Shown: in pieces, positions 49,926 through 63,201 of the stretch
How the letters are laid out: each line of letters starts with the position of its first letter
Position numbering within the stretch: the first letter of the stretch is position 1
Assembly (NCBI RefSeq): GCF_963921235.1
Contig: NC_086104.1
Span: forward strand, 151,032,001-151,096,000
Length of the DNA: 64,000 nucleotides
Source of the DNA: Mobula hypostoma
Lineage: Eukaryota
Reading direction: 5' to 3'
The notes under the pieces: model-generated
What the model was told of the DNA's origin: nothing
The model's input: the letters and a program-made list of their open reading frames with translations, nothing else
Database searches by the model: none
Position numbers and translations under genes: made by a program

Positions 49926-51598
49926 AGATTGTTATTCATAAACATTCTAGTTATATGCACAGCCAACACACCCATCACTATCACTTCCTTCCACCTTAGG
50001 CTGCAGACCTTTAAAGTTCAAAGTAAATTTATTATCAAAGTATATGTCACCACGTACAACCCTGGAATTCATTTTCTTGCAGGCATTCATGAGCAGCCTG
50101 CAAAATGTTACCATGTGTTGGCAGCACCAACTTGTTCCCCTTTATCCCTTTTAATTTAGCCAGCACTTTTTCCTCTGACAATTTTTTTTACATATTTATT
50201 GAGAGACTGCACAGAATAGGGCCTTTGAACAGTGCCGCCCAGCAAAAGTCCCGATTTAATCCTAGCCTAATCACGGGCCAATTTACAATGACCAATTAAC
50301 TTCCCAACTGGTATGTCTTTTGGACTGTTGGAGGAAACCGGAGCACCCGGAGGAAACACGTGGTCACAGGGAGAACGTACCAAATTCCTTACAGACTGCA
50401 GGTGGGAATTGAATCCAAGTTGCTGGTACCATAAAGTGTTGTGTTAACTGCTACGCTGCCGTGCCACCTCATTAAGATTGTCCTTCAAGTCTCTTTATAC
50501 TAGGATGCTTTTATTGTCTTCTGTTATGAAGACTGAGTTTAAATAATCATTTGGAGTCTCTTGCCATTTCTCTGTCCCATTACCAATTCCCCAGTCTAAT
50601 CCCTTAAGAGATCAGTCTTAGTTTTCATATTGTTTACTGCTTGTTTTTAAGTTGTATGCTTGTTCAGTCTTTTTTCTCCTTCTTTACATGTAGTTACCCA
50701 TGGCTGCTTCCTCTTTTTAAAAAAAACAATCCCAGTCCTCAGACCTACCTATGTCTTTCTAAGCCTTCTGTCTGCTCCAGTTCAGACGGCATCTGTGGGG
50801 GATTAATGTTGGTTTTAAGTTCACGGCTTTTCAGCAGAATTTGGAAAAATTGGATTTCACACCTTTGTTAGTGAAGGAGGGGGGTGTGCTGGAGACCAAA
50901 CACAGCTTGAATACCACACTTGGCTGTGGTGCTGACACAGAAGGCTGGTTAATCACAGCAGATCTGAGAGGAGCAAAGCAGGGGAAAAGAATGTGACTGG
51001 GACTAGAAGGCACAACAGTGCAGATGATGGAAGCCTGAAGCGAAGTCTGGAAACACACAGCAGGTCAGGTAGCGTCTTTGGATCCCTAAAACACTTGTGT
51101 ATCAATTTCCCTGTAGTCCTGATGAAGGGTCTTAGGGCAAAATATTGATTGATGCTGGCTGACTTGCTGGGATCACTCGTCCCATCACTGAGATGTTCCT
51201 GCAACCTATAGTCTCACTTTCTAGGACTATCCAGAATCAGAATCAAGTTTAGTATCAGCATATGTTGTGAAATTTGTTGTCTTTGCAGCAGCAGTACAAT
51301 GCAATACATAATGATAGAACAAAAACTGTATGAATTGCAGTAAGTATATGAATTAAGTAATTAAGTAGAGCAAAATCAGAAATAAAAGAAGTAGTGAGTT
51401 GCATTCGTGGGTTCAATGTCCATTCAGAAATCAGATGGCAGAGGGGAAGAAGCCTCTCCTGAATTGTTGAGTGTGTGCCTTCAGGCTCCTGTACCTGCTC
51501 CCTGATGGTAGCAATGAGAAGAGGGCATGTGATGGGGGTCCTTAATTTTTGAGACATCGCTCCTTGAAGATGTCCAGGATACTACAGAGGCTAGTGCC

Positions 51599-52110
51599 TG
51601 TTGTAGCGTGGATGAAATCACTGGAGAGACAAAGTCACTGCTAGATACAAAGCAGCTTCTTTATTTGACACAACAAGGTACAGCAGGCACCTACGTACCG
51701 AGACGCTTTCCGCAGAAAGGTCTGCTAGCTCAATGTGGGCTCGATATTAATATGCTAAGCACAAAGGCAATCGCTACTTAAAAAGTTATAGACAATGCTT
51801 CCTGTTGAAGCTACATACAAAATATCACACCATCCTTTCCTTCCGATGCCAACATGTCGGGGTTGGTATCCACAGCCTTTAGGAATGTAAGTTAAATCTA
51901 CGATACATTTATTTGGCATTTCCCCTGCTAACATTAGAAGACAATTAATATTTATAATGTATAGATAATACTGTCTTCAAAACTACAGCATCAGGCGCCA
52001 GAAGCATCTGGTATTCACAACTTTTAGGAAGCCCATTGTTAAATAGAAGTCTGGTGGCCAAAGTCATTTAAGTGTAAACAAATCATCTACCCAAAAAATT
52101 CACTCTAACA
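51599..52110 (-). mobile_element. Solo LTR (512 bp, TG...CA, 5-bp TSD GTGCC) nested in a Rex element
   Basis: GTGCC at 51594-51598 and 52111-52115; termini TGTT...AACA; AATAAA on the minus strand near 51660. Removing it restores the host Rex sequence seen at 56575-56610. Confidence 0.75.
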
Positions 52111-52624
52111 GTGCCCGTGATGGAGCTAAGTTTACAACTCACCTCATGTTCATGTACATCTCATGTTCTCAATGTTTATTGCTTATTTTAAATTATTTTT
52201 TTCTTTTATGTTTGCAGAATTTGTTGTCTTTTCCACATTGGTTATTTATTTGTGCAGTTGGGTGTGTTCTTTATTTGATTCTATTGTGCTTCTTGATATA
52301 CTGCTGTATGCCTGCAAGTAAACAAGTTTCAAGATTGTACATGGTGACATATCTGTACTTTGATAATAAATTTAATTTGAACATTGATGTCATCAGTTCT
52401 GAGTGGAAGTGAGCAAAGCTGAAGGCTAATTCAGAGAAAGGAATGGTAGTTCTCCTTTAACAGTGAACAAAATACTACACATTTAAAACTGTTCTGATTG
52501 GTGATTTGGTTTGATCTATTGCAGTCCCTGTGTGTCTTCGCTGGACATTTCCTCTTCTAGCTCCTCCTTTTGCACTTCCCGAAAGGCTTCAGTTCATGGT
52601 AAAATACACAGAAGGCTAGATGCA

Positions 52625-53170
52625 ATGTTTTTTGGGGCTGTTCAGCCCATAGCATCTGTTCCGCCATTCCAGCATGACTGATTTATTATTCCTTTCAACC
52701 CCATTCTCCACCTGTAACCTTTGACACTCTGATTAAAAAAAGAACCTGTCATCTTCTGCTTTGAATATACCCAATGACTTGGCCTCTACAGGTATTGGGG
52801 CAATGAATTCCACAGATTTAACCCTCTGGTTAAAGAAATTTCTCCTCACTTCTTTTAAAAGTACATCCTTGTATTCTGAGGCTGTGCCCTCTGATCCTAG
52901 ACTCCCCCAATATAGGAAACATACTCTCCACATCCACTTATCTAGCCCTTTCAATATTCGATGGGTTGCCGTGAGATCCTTCTTCATTCTTCTAACACTA
53001 GGGCCATCGAATGCTCCCCAGATATTAGCCCTTTCATTTCTTGGATCATTCTTGTGAATCTCCTCTGGTCCCTTTCCAACGCCAGCACATCCTTTCTTAT
53101 ATAAGAAGCCCAAAACTGCTCACAATATTCCAAGTGTGGTCTGAAGAATGCCTTATAAAGCCTCAGCTTC
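52625..53170 (-). mobile_element. CR1-type LINE 3' fragment
   Basis: RPHLEYCEQFWASYIRKDVLALE; RRNFFNQRV. Confidence 0.82.
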
Positions 53171-54960
53171 ACCTTAAAAAATGCATTGCCCATATTATAT
53201 TTTGTTGAATGAGTTTCCTTTCCATTAAATTGATTGGCCACAGATTAACCTTTAACTTTCTACTTCTTCCCTCATAAACTTCCTTAAACTTCGAAACTCG
53301 AGTGCCAGCCTAATTGTGTTATTCTTCCTTCACGTGTCACTCCATGTGTCATTCTCCTAAATCACAGGTTTATACAAATTAACAGCACAGAGGATCATTC
53401 AGCTCAACAAAGATTGGGGTTGTTAGATTGCATTTCCCAGCGCTGGGTGTGTCAGTCATCCACTGGCAGGATGTGAATGTCACTGTCAATGATGATAATT
53501 GCTCTCTATCCCTGACTGTCCTGAAGCTGATTTAAGACCGTTTGGTATGGAAGCAGAATTGGGAGATTTGGCCCAGTGAATCTACTCTGCCATTTCATCA
53601 TGGCTGATCTATTTCCCTTACAGCCCCAACTGCTTGCCTTCTCCAGGTATCCCTTCATCAAGACTTATCAATCTCTGATTTAAATATACCCACTTACTTG
53701 GCCTCTGCAGCTGCCTGTTGCAACGAATTCCAGATTCACCACCCTCTAGCTAAAGAAATTGCTCCTCATCTCTGTTCTAAAAGGGTGTTCTTCTATTCTG
53801 AGGCTACGTTCTCTGGTCTTGGACTCCCCCACCATAAGAAATATCCTCTCCACATCCTTCCTACTGAGGATTTGGTTAAGAAGCATTCACATCCGAGTTG
53901 GAATTGAATGATTGAAGATGAGATTTCCCTCCCTAGAGTTCTGTGTAATACCACGTGGTTCATTAAAATTAAATAATTTTGTGGCTGCCATTACTGACTT
54001 GTAGTATATTTTAATTATTGAAACTTTCCCTGGTGCCTTTGCAGATTTGAACTTGTACTTCCGATTACTAATCCAAAGCTCTAACTACTAGTCCATTAAT
54101 AGAACTACACACCACCTCTAAATAGATGCGTGTTCAGCTGCTTTGTAAGCTGCAGTCAATGTTTCTCCTTCCACTGTGCTTTCTGGGCAGCACAGTTGGC
54201 ATACATCACCAGCAATCACCAGTCAGGGTTCAATTCTCACCACCACCTATAAAGTTTGTGCGTTCTCCCCAGAACTGTACAGGTTTTTCTTCCATGTTTC
54301 AAAGATGTACAGTTAGGGTTAGAAGGCACGCTATGTTATTGCGGAAAGTATGGCAACACTTGTGGGCTGCCCCCAGCACAATCTTCAGACAACGAAAGAC
54401 AAAGCATTTCACAGTATAATTTGATGTACATGTGACAAATAAGGCTAATATTTAGAGTTCTTTCTCTCCACACTCTTATGGAAAAATCTTACTGTCAAAT
54501 CCATTTACTAGTATACCTCAAGTCTAATTATAGACCATTTTGCTAAGGAAATGGACTGTTATTAATTAAATTCTCCTTTATCTCCTTTTGTTCACGTTGG
54601 CCGAACCTGTCTGACATTTTACAATGTCCTTTGATACTTGTACATCCTTAATCTAATAACCTATTACACTGCACTGTGGCTATGTGGCCGATCTGTAGAA
54701 AAATCTGTTCCAGTATTTTACCTTTACCCCTTTCTGCCGTTGTGTGCTTTTTGGGCCATGGTGACTATTGTCCCATCTATTCCATTTTATTTCCTAACAC
54801 TGAATAATTATTTCTTCAACCGAATGTATTTACATATCGATCGTGAAGGTTCTTGATCGGTTATAAGATATTCAAGATTTTTTAGCACAATTTCTCTGGT
54901 ACCGTTAAAGTTTAAATCACAACTGTTGTTCCCATGTTGGTTTGCACTGAGCAGGTTTGC

Positions 54961-55215
54961 CTCTCTGTCTGTGTGTGTGTGTATGTCTGTCTCTCTGTCT
55001 CTCTCTCTCCCCCTCTCTGTGCCTGCTTGTCTCTCTCACTCCCTCTCTCTGTGCCTGCCTCTCACTCCCTCTATCTGTGCCTGCCTCTCACTCCCTCTAT
55101 CTGTGCCTGCCTCTCACTCCCCCTCTCTGTGCCTGCCTCTCACTCCCCCTCTCTGTGCCTGCCTCTCACTCCCCCTCTCCGTGCCTGCCTGTGTCTGCCT
55201 CTCACTCCCCTCTGT
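54961..55215. repeat. (TG)/(TC) microsatellite grading into a ~26-bp minisatellite (CTCTCACTCCCCCTCTCTGTGCCTGC)n
   Basis: About 7 visible units. Confidence 0.9.
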
Positions 55216-56068
55216 CTCGAGTAAGGTGCATGGAGCATGATTTCACCTTGCATCTCTGGTGTAGCTTAATAGGGACTTTGCCCACCCTGATAGTGTAACA
55301 AAGGCAGGCATTTCAGTTAATTCTGGTGTTCTATTTGCCCATGACATTTAATCTTCATTTGTGAATATGACTTCATCAGACCAAGCTTTACAAATGTTAT
55401 TAAATATTAGTTTGCCTTGCTTAGGGTTAGGAGTAAAGTGGATAATCTCCTGTTTGCCTGAGGTTTATTTTGCCCAGCAGCCTAATGACAGTTCTTGTAC
55501 TGCCCAAGTTCTTTTGGCATGGCTTTTTAGCTCATCTTGGTTGCTAATAAACAGTGATCGAGGTTCCAGCACCAGATTTTGCAATACTTTACGAGTCACT
55601 TCTTATCTGTGAACATAAGCTCTCAGCCTTCCCCATCCTGTCTCCTGCCCACCTGATAACTTGCCTCCATTTTCAGAAGATTATATTTGGCAAAATCATT
55701 GCTGAAGGAACTAGCCAAAGGCCATCTGAAACTTTATTATAAATAACATCCATGAGTGTTAAATACAAGATATTCTGCAAGTGCTAGAAATCCAGAGTAA
55801 CTCAAAATGCTGGTGAAACCCAATCAGTTCAAGTAGCATCTATGAAGAGGAATAAATAGTTGATATTTCTGCTAAGACTCTTCGACAGTACTGTTATCAT
55901 TGATGTGATTATCCATGAATTTTATTGTCCAAGGATATTAGTTAGATTTAGATATCGAGTAGCAATTCAAATCTTGGCCTTTTTTTGGGCTAACATTTGG
56001 GGTTGTGATACTGATTTAAGGTTTCAAGAAAAGTTTCATGCCCCTTTGTTTCCTTCTTTGAATTTCAG

Positions 56069-56253
56069 AAATGAGGCTGTCGTCATCTCAGGAAAAAGAC
56101 TGGCGCGGCAAATCCGAGGAGAGGCAAAGCTCGATGTAGAGCGCTGGGTTGCTGACGGGAATAGGAGGCCACATCTCAGCGTTGTCCTGGTTGGGGACAA
56201 CCCAGCCAGTCACTCCTACGTGAAGAACAAAACCAAAGCTGCAGCTGACGTGG
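56069..56253 (+). CDS. MTHFD2: MTHFD2 coding exon 2 (185 nt)
   Basis: tttcag|A AAT GAG GCT...GTG G|gtacgg; NEAVVISGKRLARQIRGEAKLDVERWVADGNRRPHLSVVLVGDNPASHSYVKNKTKAAADV. NEAVVISG and ASHSYV favour MTHFD2 over MTHFD2L. Confidence 0.93.
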
Positions 56254-58627
56254 GTACGGATTTTTGACTTTTTATTTTCTGATGGATGTGGCTCTCACAG
56301 GTCTTTCCCAGACCTTGTTACCCCTCAGAAGTTTACTTGAAATAGATGTTGCTTTGTTGGAAGCTTGGAGTTTACATTTCCCTTCTGGTTGGCAACCCTC
56401 TTCTAAGAACGATTTTGTGGGGAGGAATGCACAGTAAATATTTCATTTTTCCAGCAAAGCTCGAACTTCTACAGATGTACCATGGAGGGCATTCTGACTG
56501 GCTGCATCACTGTCTAGTATGGTTGTGGGGCAACTGCACAAGATCAAAGTAAGCTGCAGAAACTTGTAAAATTAGTCAGCTCCGTCATGGGTGCTAGCCT
56601 CTGTAGTATCCAAGACATCATTAAGGAGTGGTGTCTCAGTAAGACTGTGTCCATCATTAAGGACCCCCACCATCCAGGACATGCCTTCTCATTGCTACTG
56701 TTAGCAAGGAGGTACAGAAGGCACACACTCAGCGATTCAGGAACAGCTTCTTCCCCTCTTGCCATCCGCTTTCTAGATGGACTCTGAACCCATGAACACT
56801 ACCTCAGCAGTATTTTATTTCTATTTTTGCACCATGGCCTGAAACATCGACTACTTATTCTCCTCCATTGATGCTGCCTGGCCTGCTGAGTTCCTCCAGC
56901 ATTTTGTATGTGAAGAGTCGCCAGGGGAAGCAGTGTTCTAGGGCGGCTGGGCACAGGAAAGGTCCGTGCCTTCTTTCTGAATGTGGCTGCGTTGGCCAAG
57001 AGTCAAATTTTGTCAAAGTGCATTTCACAGAGGCCCTGCGGAATATTTTCTTGAATGAAACCGAGTAAATGCAAACTGTTGTAATTTCGCTCCAGTGACT
57101 CTGGCTTCCTCTCTCAGCAGAGCAGGAACTTCCTTGAATGAATAACTCAAATAAAGATGGATTGGAGCTTATTGAATTTGTGCACAAAAAAAAGTGTATT
57201 AATAGAAGCAAAAGTGCAAGAGGGCAAAAAGGAGTTTCTATGTGTCCTTTTGTAAGCGCAGCAATGAATTCTCAGAAAAGCTGCTTTCTTTGATGGTGTA
57301 CTGCTGCTGTTGCTAGACAGACCCTCGTGACTTGGCAGATAAGTGGCCTTATCAGTAACAGCTCACTGGGAGCAAGCAAGCTTCCCATCAGTAGAAAGAC
57401 TTCAGCGGTAGGAACTGTTGTGGTACTGTGCAGCAATCTGTCCTCAATAAGCAACACTAAAGGGCACTTGGTGTCATAATTACTAACTCCAAGTTGTCTG
57501 AATTATTTTAAAAATTGAAGTGAACTAGTTCCGTATAAAGTGGCTCCGTGGGCTTCCTGCTGGTTAGTGGAGCAGCTGAGTGAGCTCAATTGAACCATTG
57601 CCTGAATTATGCTGACTTTTAAAAAAAGATGAGCTTTATTTGTCATGTGTACGTCGGAACGTACAGTGAATCGTGCTGCTTGCTTCAAATCCAGCCAGCG
57701 AAGGCCGTGCTGGGCAGCCTGCAAGTGTCGGGTGCCAACATAGCATTCCCACAGCTCACTAATCCTAGCCCTAATTGCGTGTCTTTGGAGTGTTGGATGA
57801 AACCGGAGCACCCTCGTGGTCACGGGGAGGGAATTGAACCCGGGTCAGTGATCACAGTCGCTGTAAAATGATGTGCTGACTGCTACACTATAGTATCTCC
57901 GTTTCGGTTATTTCTGTTACACAAGGATCTTTTTTTTTATATATATAAATCCTCATCTTTGTGTTTTTTTTGATTCTCCTGTTGATATGTCTTTCTGCAT
58001 TCCAGTTCTGGCTCCGATAAAGTAGGATTTTGCTTCTGGATTTTTTTTTTGGCCTTTGTGCAATAACTCTTTGACATAAAACTAAGCTTTACTTTGAGGT
58101 GACATAATAAGAACAACAGTCAAGCTAATCTGTGACGGCCAGGCCCCTGGAGGGTTGGGGAGGAGGATTGGTGCCTCGGGTGCTGAGAAGGATAAATACT
58201 GTTAAGTGAGAGTCAGAATGTTTTCACCAGGCTACAAGGACAGAAATGATCCCAGTTAGGGATTTGGGCTGTTAGGAGTTTGTACGCTCTCCTCATGTGG
58301 GTATGTGGCTTTCCTTTGGCTGCTCTGGTTTCCTCCCACATTCCAAAGATATATGGATTGGTAGGTTAATTGGCCATATGGGGCGACATGATGGGTATGT
58401 AGGGTCTGTTGCTGGGCTGTGTCTCTTAAATTTAAAAAAAAACCTGATTTCATGTAGCAAGAATGAATGAACCAGTTTTCATAGAAGTTATAAACTGGCC
58501 ACCAGCAAACGATAACCAATGTTAAAATGGCTTACTATGATGAATGATGCTGTAGCTCTCAACAGTGAAATATTTGCACCTGGTAAGATTATTTTATAAT
58601 GGTTCTAATTTGGACTTGTTGATCTAG

Positions 58628-58750
58628 GTATCACGAGTGAGACCATTCTGAAGCCATCCAGCATCACTGAGGAAGAGCTGCTGGAGTTAATTAACAAACT
58701 GAACAATGATAATAAAGTTGATGGGCTGCTTGTCCAGCTTCCTTTACCCG
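58628..58750 (+). CDS. MTHFD2: MTHFD2 coding exon 3 (123 nt); gene continues beyond the window
   Basis: atctag|GT ATC...CCC G|gtaaga; GITSETILKPSSITEEELLELINKLNNDNKVDGLLVQLPLP. Confidence 0.93.
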
Positions 58751-59004
58751 GTAAGAATCTCATTCGGTGGCTGAGGTCTCGAGTTGCCTCTGTGTCCTTT
58801 ACACTGGATGTTTGATTTGTGGACTATTGTGCCTTGAGCTTGATGCTCCATTAGAAGATTTGTGACAATTAAATGAAAAACGATTTGTTTCTCTAACACT
58901 TGTTATTCTATCTGTTAACCGCTGGGACAGTCCATGCAGATTGGGAGTAAGCTCCTTGCTTCATTGCATCTGTTCTGGAGGTGGAGTCTGTGAAAGAATT
59001 AGAT

Positions 59005-59640
59005 AATCAAAGTAAATTTTATTATCAAAGTTCATATATGTCACCTATATCATCCTGAGATTCATTTTCTTCTAGGCATAATCAGCAAATCTATAGAATA
59101 GTGACTATAACAGGATCAATGAAGGATGAACCAGAGTGCAGGAGACAGCAAACTGTGCAAATGTAAATATAAATAAGTAGCAATAAATAACAAGAACATG
59201 AAATAATGAGGTCAAGAGTCCTTAAAATGAGATCATTGGTGTAGCAACATTTCAATGGAAGGGCAAGTGAATGTAGTTATCAGCTTTTGTTCAAGAGCCT
59301 GATGGTTGAGGGGTAGTAACTGTTCTTGAACCTGGTGGTGCGAGTCCTGAGGCTCTTGTACCTTCTACCTGATGGCAACAGCGAGAACAGAACTGGGTGG
59401 TAGGGATCTCTGATGATGGATGCTGTTTTCCTACAGCAGCATTTCATGTTGATGAGCTCAATGGTTGGGAGGGCTTTACCTGTGAGGTACTGGGCCAAAT
59501 CCACCACCTTTTGTAGGCTTTTCCATTCAACGGCATTGTTTCCATACCAGGCTGTGATGCAGCCAGTCAATATACACTCTCCACCACACGTGTATAGAAG
59601 TTTGTCAAAGTTTTCGACGTCGTGACGAATCTCCACAGAT
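59005..59640 (-). mobile_element. Rex1/Babar-type LINE 3' fragment; related copies at 3905-4560, 10560-11080, 51240-52140, 56465-56830, 63290-63790
   Basis: ILTGCITAWYGN..LQKVV..LPSGRRYKSLRTRTTRFKNSYYPSTIRLLN, plus the shared tail tttgataataaatttactttga. Confidence 0.8.
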
Positions 59641-59999
59641 AACATTCACCCAAATTTTCAATGTCCCTCTAGGATCATTATCACAATCAGAAATGACATT
59701 TTACATGAGTCAGATTGTATCATGGTTTGAGCTGAAGTTCCTGGGCATTTCACCAGCTCTTTTTAGCTCTTTTATTCCAAATGACCTGGAACAGTAATGG
59801 CTGTGATCCAGGCAGACACTAGGTCCCTCGAGGTAGACCCTAATCCTTGGCAGTTAATGCTGTCAAAATTTGTTTTCTTAATTGAAATTGTTTCGATATG
59901 GCTCTAATAATTGAGATATCTAGAAGTAGCTGGAAGACTAAAATCTATTGTTTTGGGGTACTTTAACCTGTTCATTAATTTGGGTGGCGGGTGGAGATA

Positions 60000-60570
60000 C
60001 TTAACTGCCAAAGGAGATGTAAGGTGCTCTGTTCCTCCGCTGGTCTACAGGTCACCCTTGGGCAAGGTGTAGCACCTGCTTAGCCCCCCTCTGATCAGGG
60101 TCAGGTGAAGCCACGGGAGCAGGTGGTGGATAGTTGTATGAGCAGCTGGTGCACATCTCAACTAATGGTTGTGTGACCACTGGTGCCAGGCAGACAAACT
60201 CTGAAGAGTATTGATAATGGCTGGGGTCACCCATCTTGTAAAGGCACTGTCCAGAAGAAGGCATTAACAAGCCATCACTAGAAAAACCCGGATCTGGGCT
60301 GTACCCGCCAACTATCCGGACCTCCCTCGGTTTTTTTTTGCACTACCTTACTTTCCATTTTTCTATTTTCTAGTTATGATTTATAACTTAAATTTTTAAT
60401 ATTTACTATCGATTTGTAATCCAGGGAGCAGGAAGCGCAGAATCAAATATCGCTGTGATGATTGTACATTCTAGTATCAATTGTTTGGCGGCAATAAAGT
60501 ATAAAATTTGCCAAGAACAATCATGGTCATGGAAGGACCATGACTGCAATTGCCCATATCATACAACAGG
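60000..60570 (+). mobile_element. Short RTE-tailed retroelement interrupted by a Rex 3' end (60286-60505)
   Basis: gaagaaggca...aaatttgccaagaacaatcatgg resembles an RTE tail; the insert matches 44590-44800. Confidence 0.5.
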
Positions 60571-62144
60571 GTGAATAACAAGCTAATTTAAAAATACTTA
60601 AAATAAATCAAATAATCAAATCACATGCACTGGTTAAACTTTTCCACCCTAGTCAGTCATCCCAATGAAATAAAATCAGTCGCAGTTTTACGTTGTCCCT
60701 GTGACCGTGTGGGCTTCCTTTGTGTGCTCTGGTTTCCTCCCACATTCCAAAGACGTATGGGTTAGGGTTAATTATTTCTGGGCACGCTATATTGGTACCG
60801 GAAGCGTGGTGACACATGCTGACTTCCCCCAGCACATCCTCAGACTGTAGTCATTGATGCAAACGATGCATTTCACTGTATTTTGATGCACATGTGACAA
60901 ATAAAGCTAATCTTTAGCTGATGGAAATACAAAACGAAAATTGAATGCTGCTTAAGATTAGTGGGGAATGTAAAATCCTTTTGGTGTGTAATATTTGTTA
61001 ACATTAAAGGATATTTTGAACCTTTGAGACTGGTAAAATCTGACCGGGAGGGGCAGGGTGTAATGGGCAGGAGTACGCATGAGATACCAGAATGGTTAGC
61101 ATAGCTGAAAGTCGGCATGTTGCCTGGTCTGTATAGAATGCAGAATGAAGCAAAATTAGACACGAGGCATCGCTTACAACCTTTCAATCCCCTTTGGATT
61201 GGACTTCTGAATATGCAGTACTACTGCATGTTAGGAGACCTGTAAACGTTACGACACACCAAGAGGAGGAGTGAATCCTGTTACAAAACAGGACCATTCA
61301 CTGCTGGAAACTGCTGATATGGGGGTGACTGTAACCGGGGGAAAACTATAGTCTGGTTTGTGGGCAGTCTGGACAACCTCCTGTCCTACTCGTCCCTGTT
61401 TCTATAGCTTATGCCCAGACTGGTTCAAGCTGACAGGAAGGCGACAGTAACTCAAATAACCACGCATTACAGCAGTGTTGTGCAGAAGAGCTTCTCTGAA
61501 TGCACAACGCCTTGAACATTGAAGTGTATGGGCTACAGTAGCACACGACCACATTGGGTCATCCCACGAACATGTGCCCAGGAAGTACCTAATAAAATGG
61601 CCACTGAGTGTATATTCTTGTCTGCCCTCGTACGTCTTCTGAGTCACTTTGCCAGCCTTTTGCAGTCATGCTGAACCACTGCCTCGTTGCACCAGTGACT
61701 TGGGTTCAATCCTGACGTTGGGTGCTGTGTGAGGTTTGAACATTCTCCCCGTGACTATGCAGCTTTCCCTGGGAGCTCTGTTTCCTCCCGCATCCCAAAG
61801 ATGTGTGGGCTGCCCAGTGGACACTAAGTTGTCCCTTGTGTATGGCTAAGAGATAGAACTTGGGGAATTGGTGGCTCGTTGGGAAAGTAGGACGAATAAA
61901 ATGGGTAATTGATTTATTATGATTATGTCATTTGCGATACACTGAAAAGCCTTGTTTGAGAGCCATCCAGACATAACATTCCATATATAAGTACACAGAA
62001 GAAGTTCAGAAGGAAAAGCAATGAGAGAATGCAAAATATAACACTTTAGTTACAGAGAAAATGCAGTGCAGGTAGACACAAATGTCATGAGATAGGCTCA
62101 GATCAAGAGTTGATTCTTATTGCACTAAGGAGACTGTTGAATTA

Positions 62145-63201
62145 CACTGGACAATACATTTTTTTTGAAAAGGTTGCTTCTTCAGTCTTTTTGTTTATGA
62201 TAGACTGCTTGAAGCTGAACACAAATATAATTTCAGACTACCTGTATCACAAGAAATTAACTTTTATTGAATATAATGAGCTTAATTGCGCATGGCCAAG
62301 TGGTTAAGGTGTCGGTCTAGTGATCTGAAGGTCGCTAGTTGGAGCCTCAGCTGACGCAGCGTGTTGTGTCCTTGAGCAAAGCACTTAACCACACATCGCT
62401 CTGCGACAACACCGGTGCCAAGCTGTATGGGCCCTAGTGCCCTTCCCTTGGACAACGTCGGTGGCATGGAGAGGGGAGACTTGCAGCATGGGCAACTGCT
62501 GGTCTTCCATACAACCTTGCCCAGGCCTGCACCCTGGAAACCTTCCAAGGCGCAAATCCATAGTCTCATGAGACCAACGGATGCCTATATAAATTGCATA
62601 ATGGTGCTGGCGTTTTGCAATAGTTTAACTAAGCTAAAAATGTTTTGTTGATGATTTTCATTTCTACTCTGTGTCTGGGGCCTTTCATTTAAGTTTCTAG
62701 CACTGATGAATTCCAGTTGGTCTGATACCATTTCTCCACGACTGCAGTGTCTTGGTGAAACCTTTCACCATGCTCATCACTGACAGGCCAAGATTTGCAG
62801 GGAAGAAATATAAATAGGAATGCAGAAAATGAATCTTTAGTGATGTGTTGCACTTCATGGTTTTGTATGCTTGAAGCATGTTGTCAACCAGCTGCATGTA
62901 GTTTGGTGCTCCGTAAATGCCAAGCAAAATTTCAATGACAGCCATGTGGTTTTTCTCTGGTCCCACAAGATGTTCTTGGAATTGCTTCTCACTGATGACC
63001 TATTTCATTTGTAGATCAACAAAAATGCTTTCCTTAATCTTGGCATCAGTTATTCTGACTTAAATTGACATAACAAATATAGATGATTTCAAAAAATGGT
63101 GCAAGATGTGGAAATTTCATGGTGACTTTCATGTTCAGCGTCCCAAAATCCATAAAATATGCCCAAAAATATTCAGGGAGCAAAATCTTTGTTGTCCAAT
63201 G
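62145..63201 (-). mobile_element. Internally deleted DNA transposon, probably Chapaev3 (CMC)
   Basis: Termini CACTGGACAA / TTGTCCAATG flanked by TTA/TAA; transposase remnant SLKIHFLHSYLYFFPANLG followed, after a frameshift, by SDEHGERFHQD. Confidence 0.65.
62289..62590 (+). mobile_element. tRNA-derived SINE nested in the DNA transposon
   Basis: A box TGGCCAAGTGG, degenerate B box, then CORE-like gtgtccttgagcaaagcacttaacc. Confidence 0.65.

Noticed and set aside
54926-55298. Cys/Leu/Ser/Pro-rich ORFs in three frames
   Set aside because: These are translations of the minisatellite.
62289-62365. tRNA gene
   Set aside because: Degenerate B box, no complete cloverleaf, and it continues into a SINE body.
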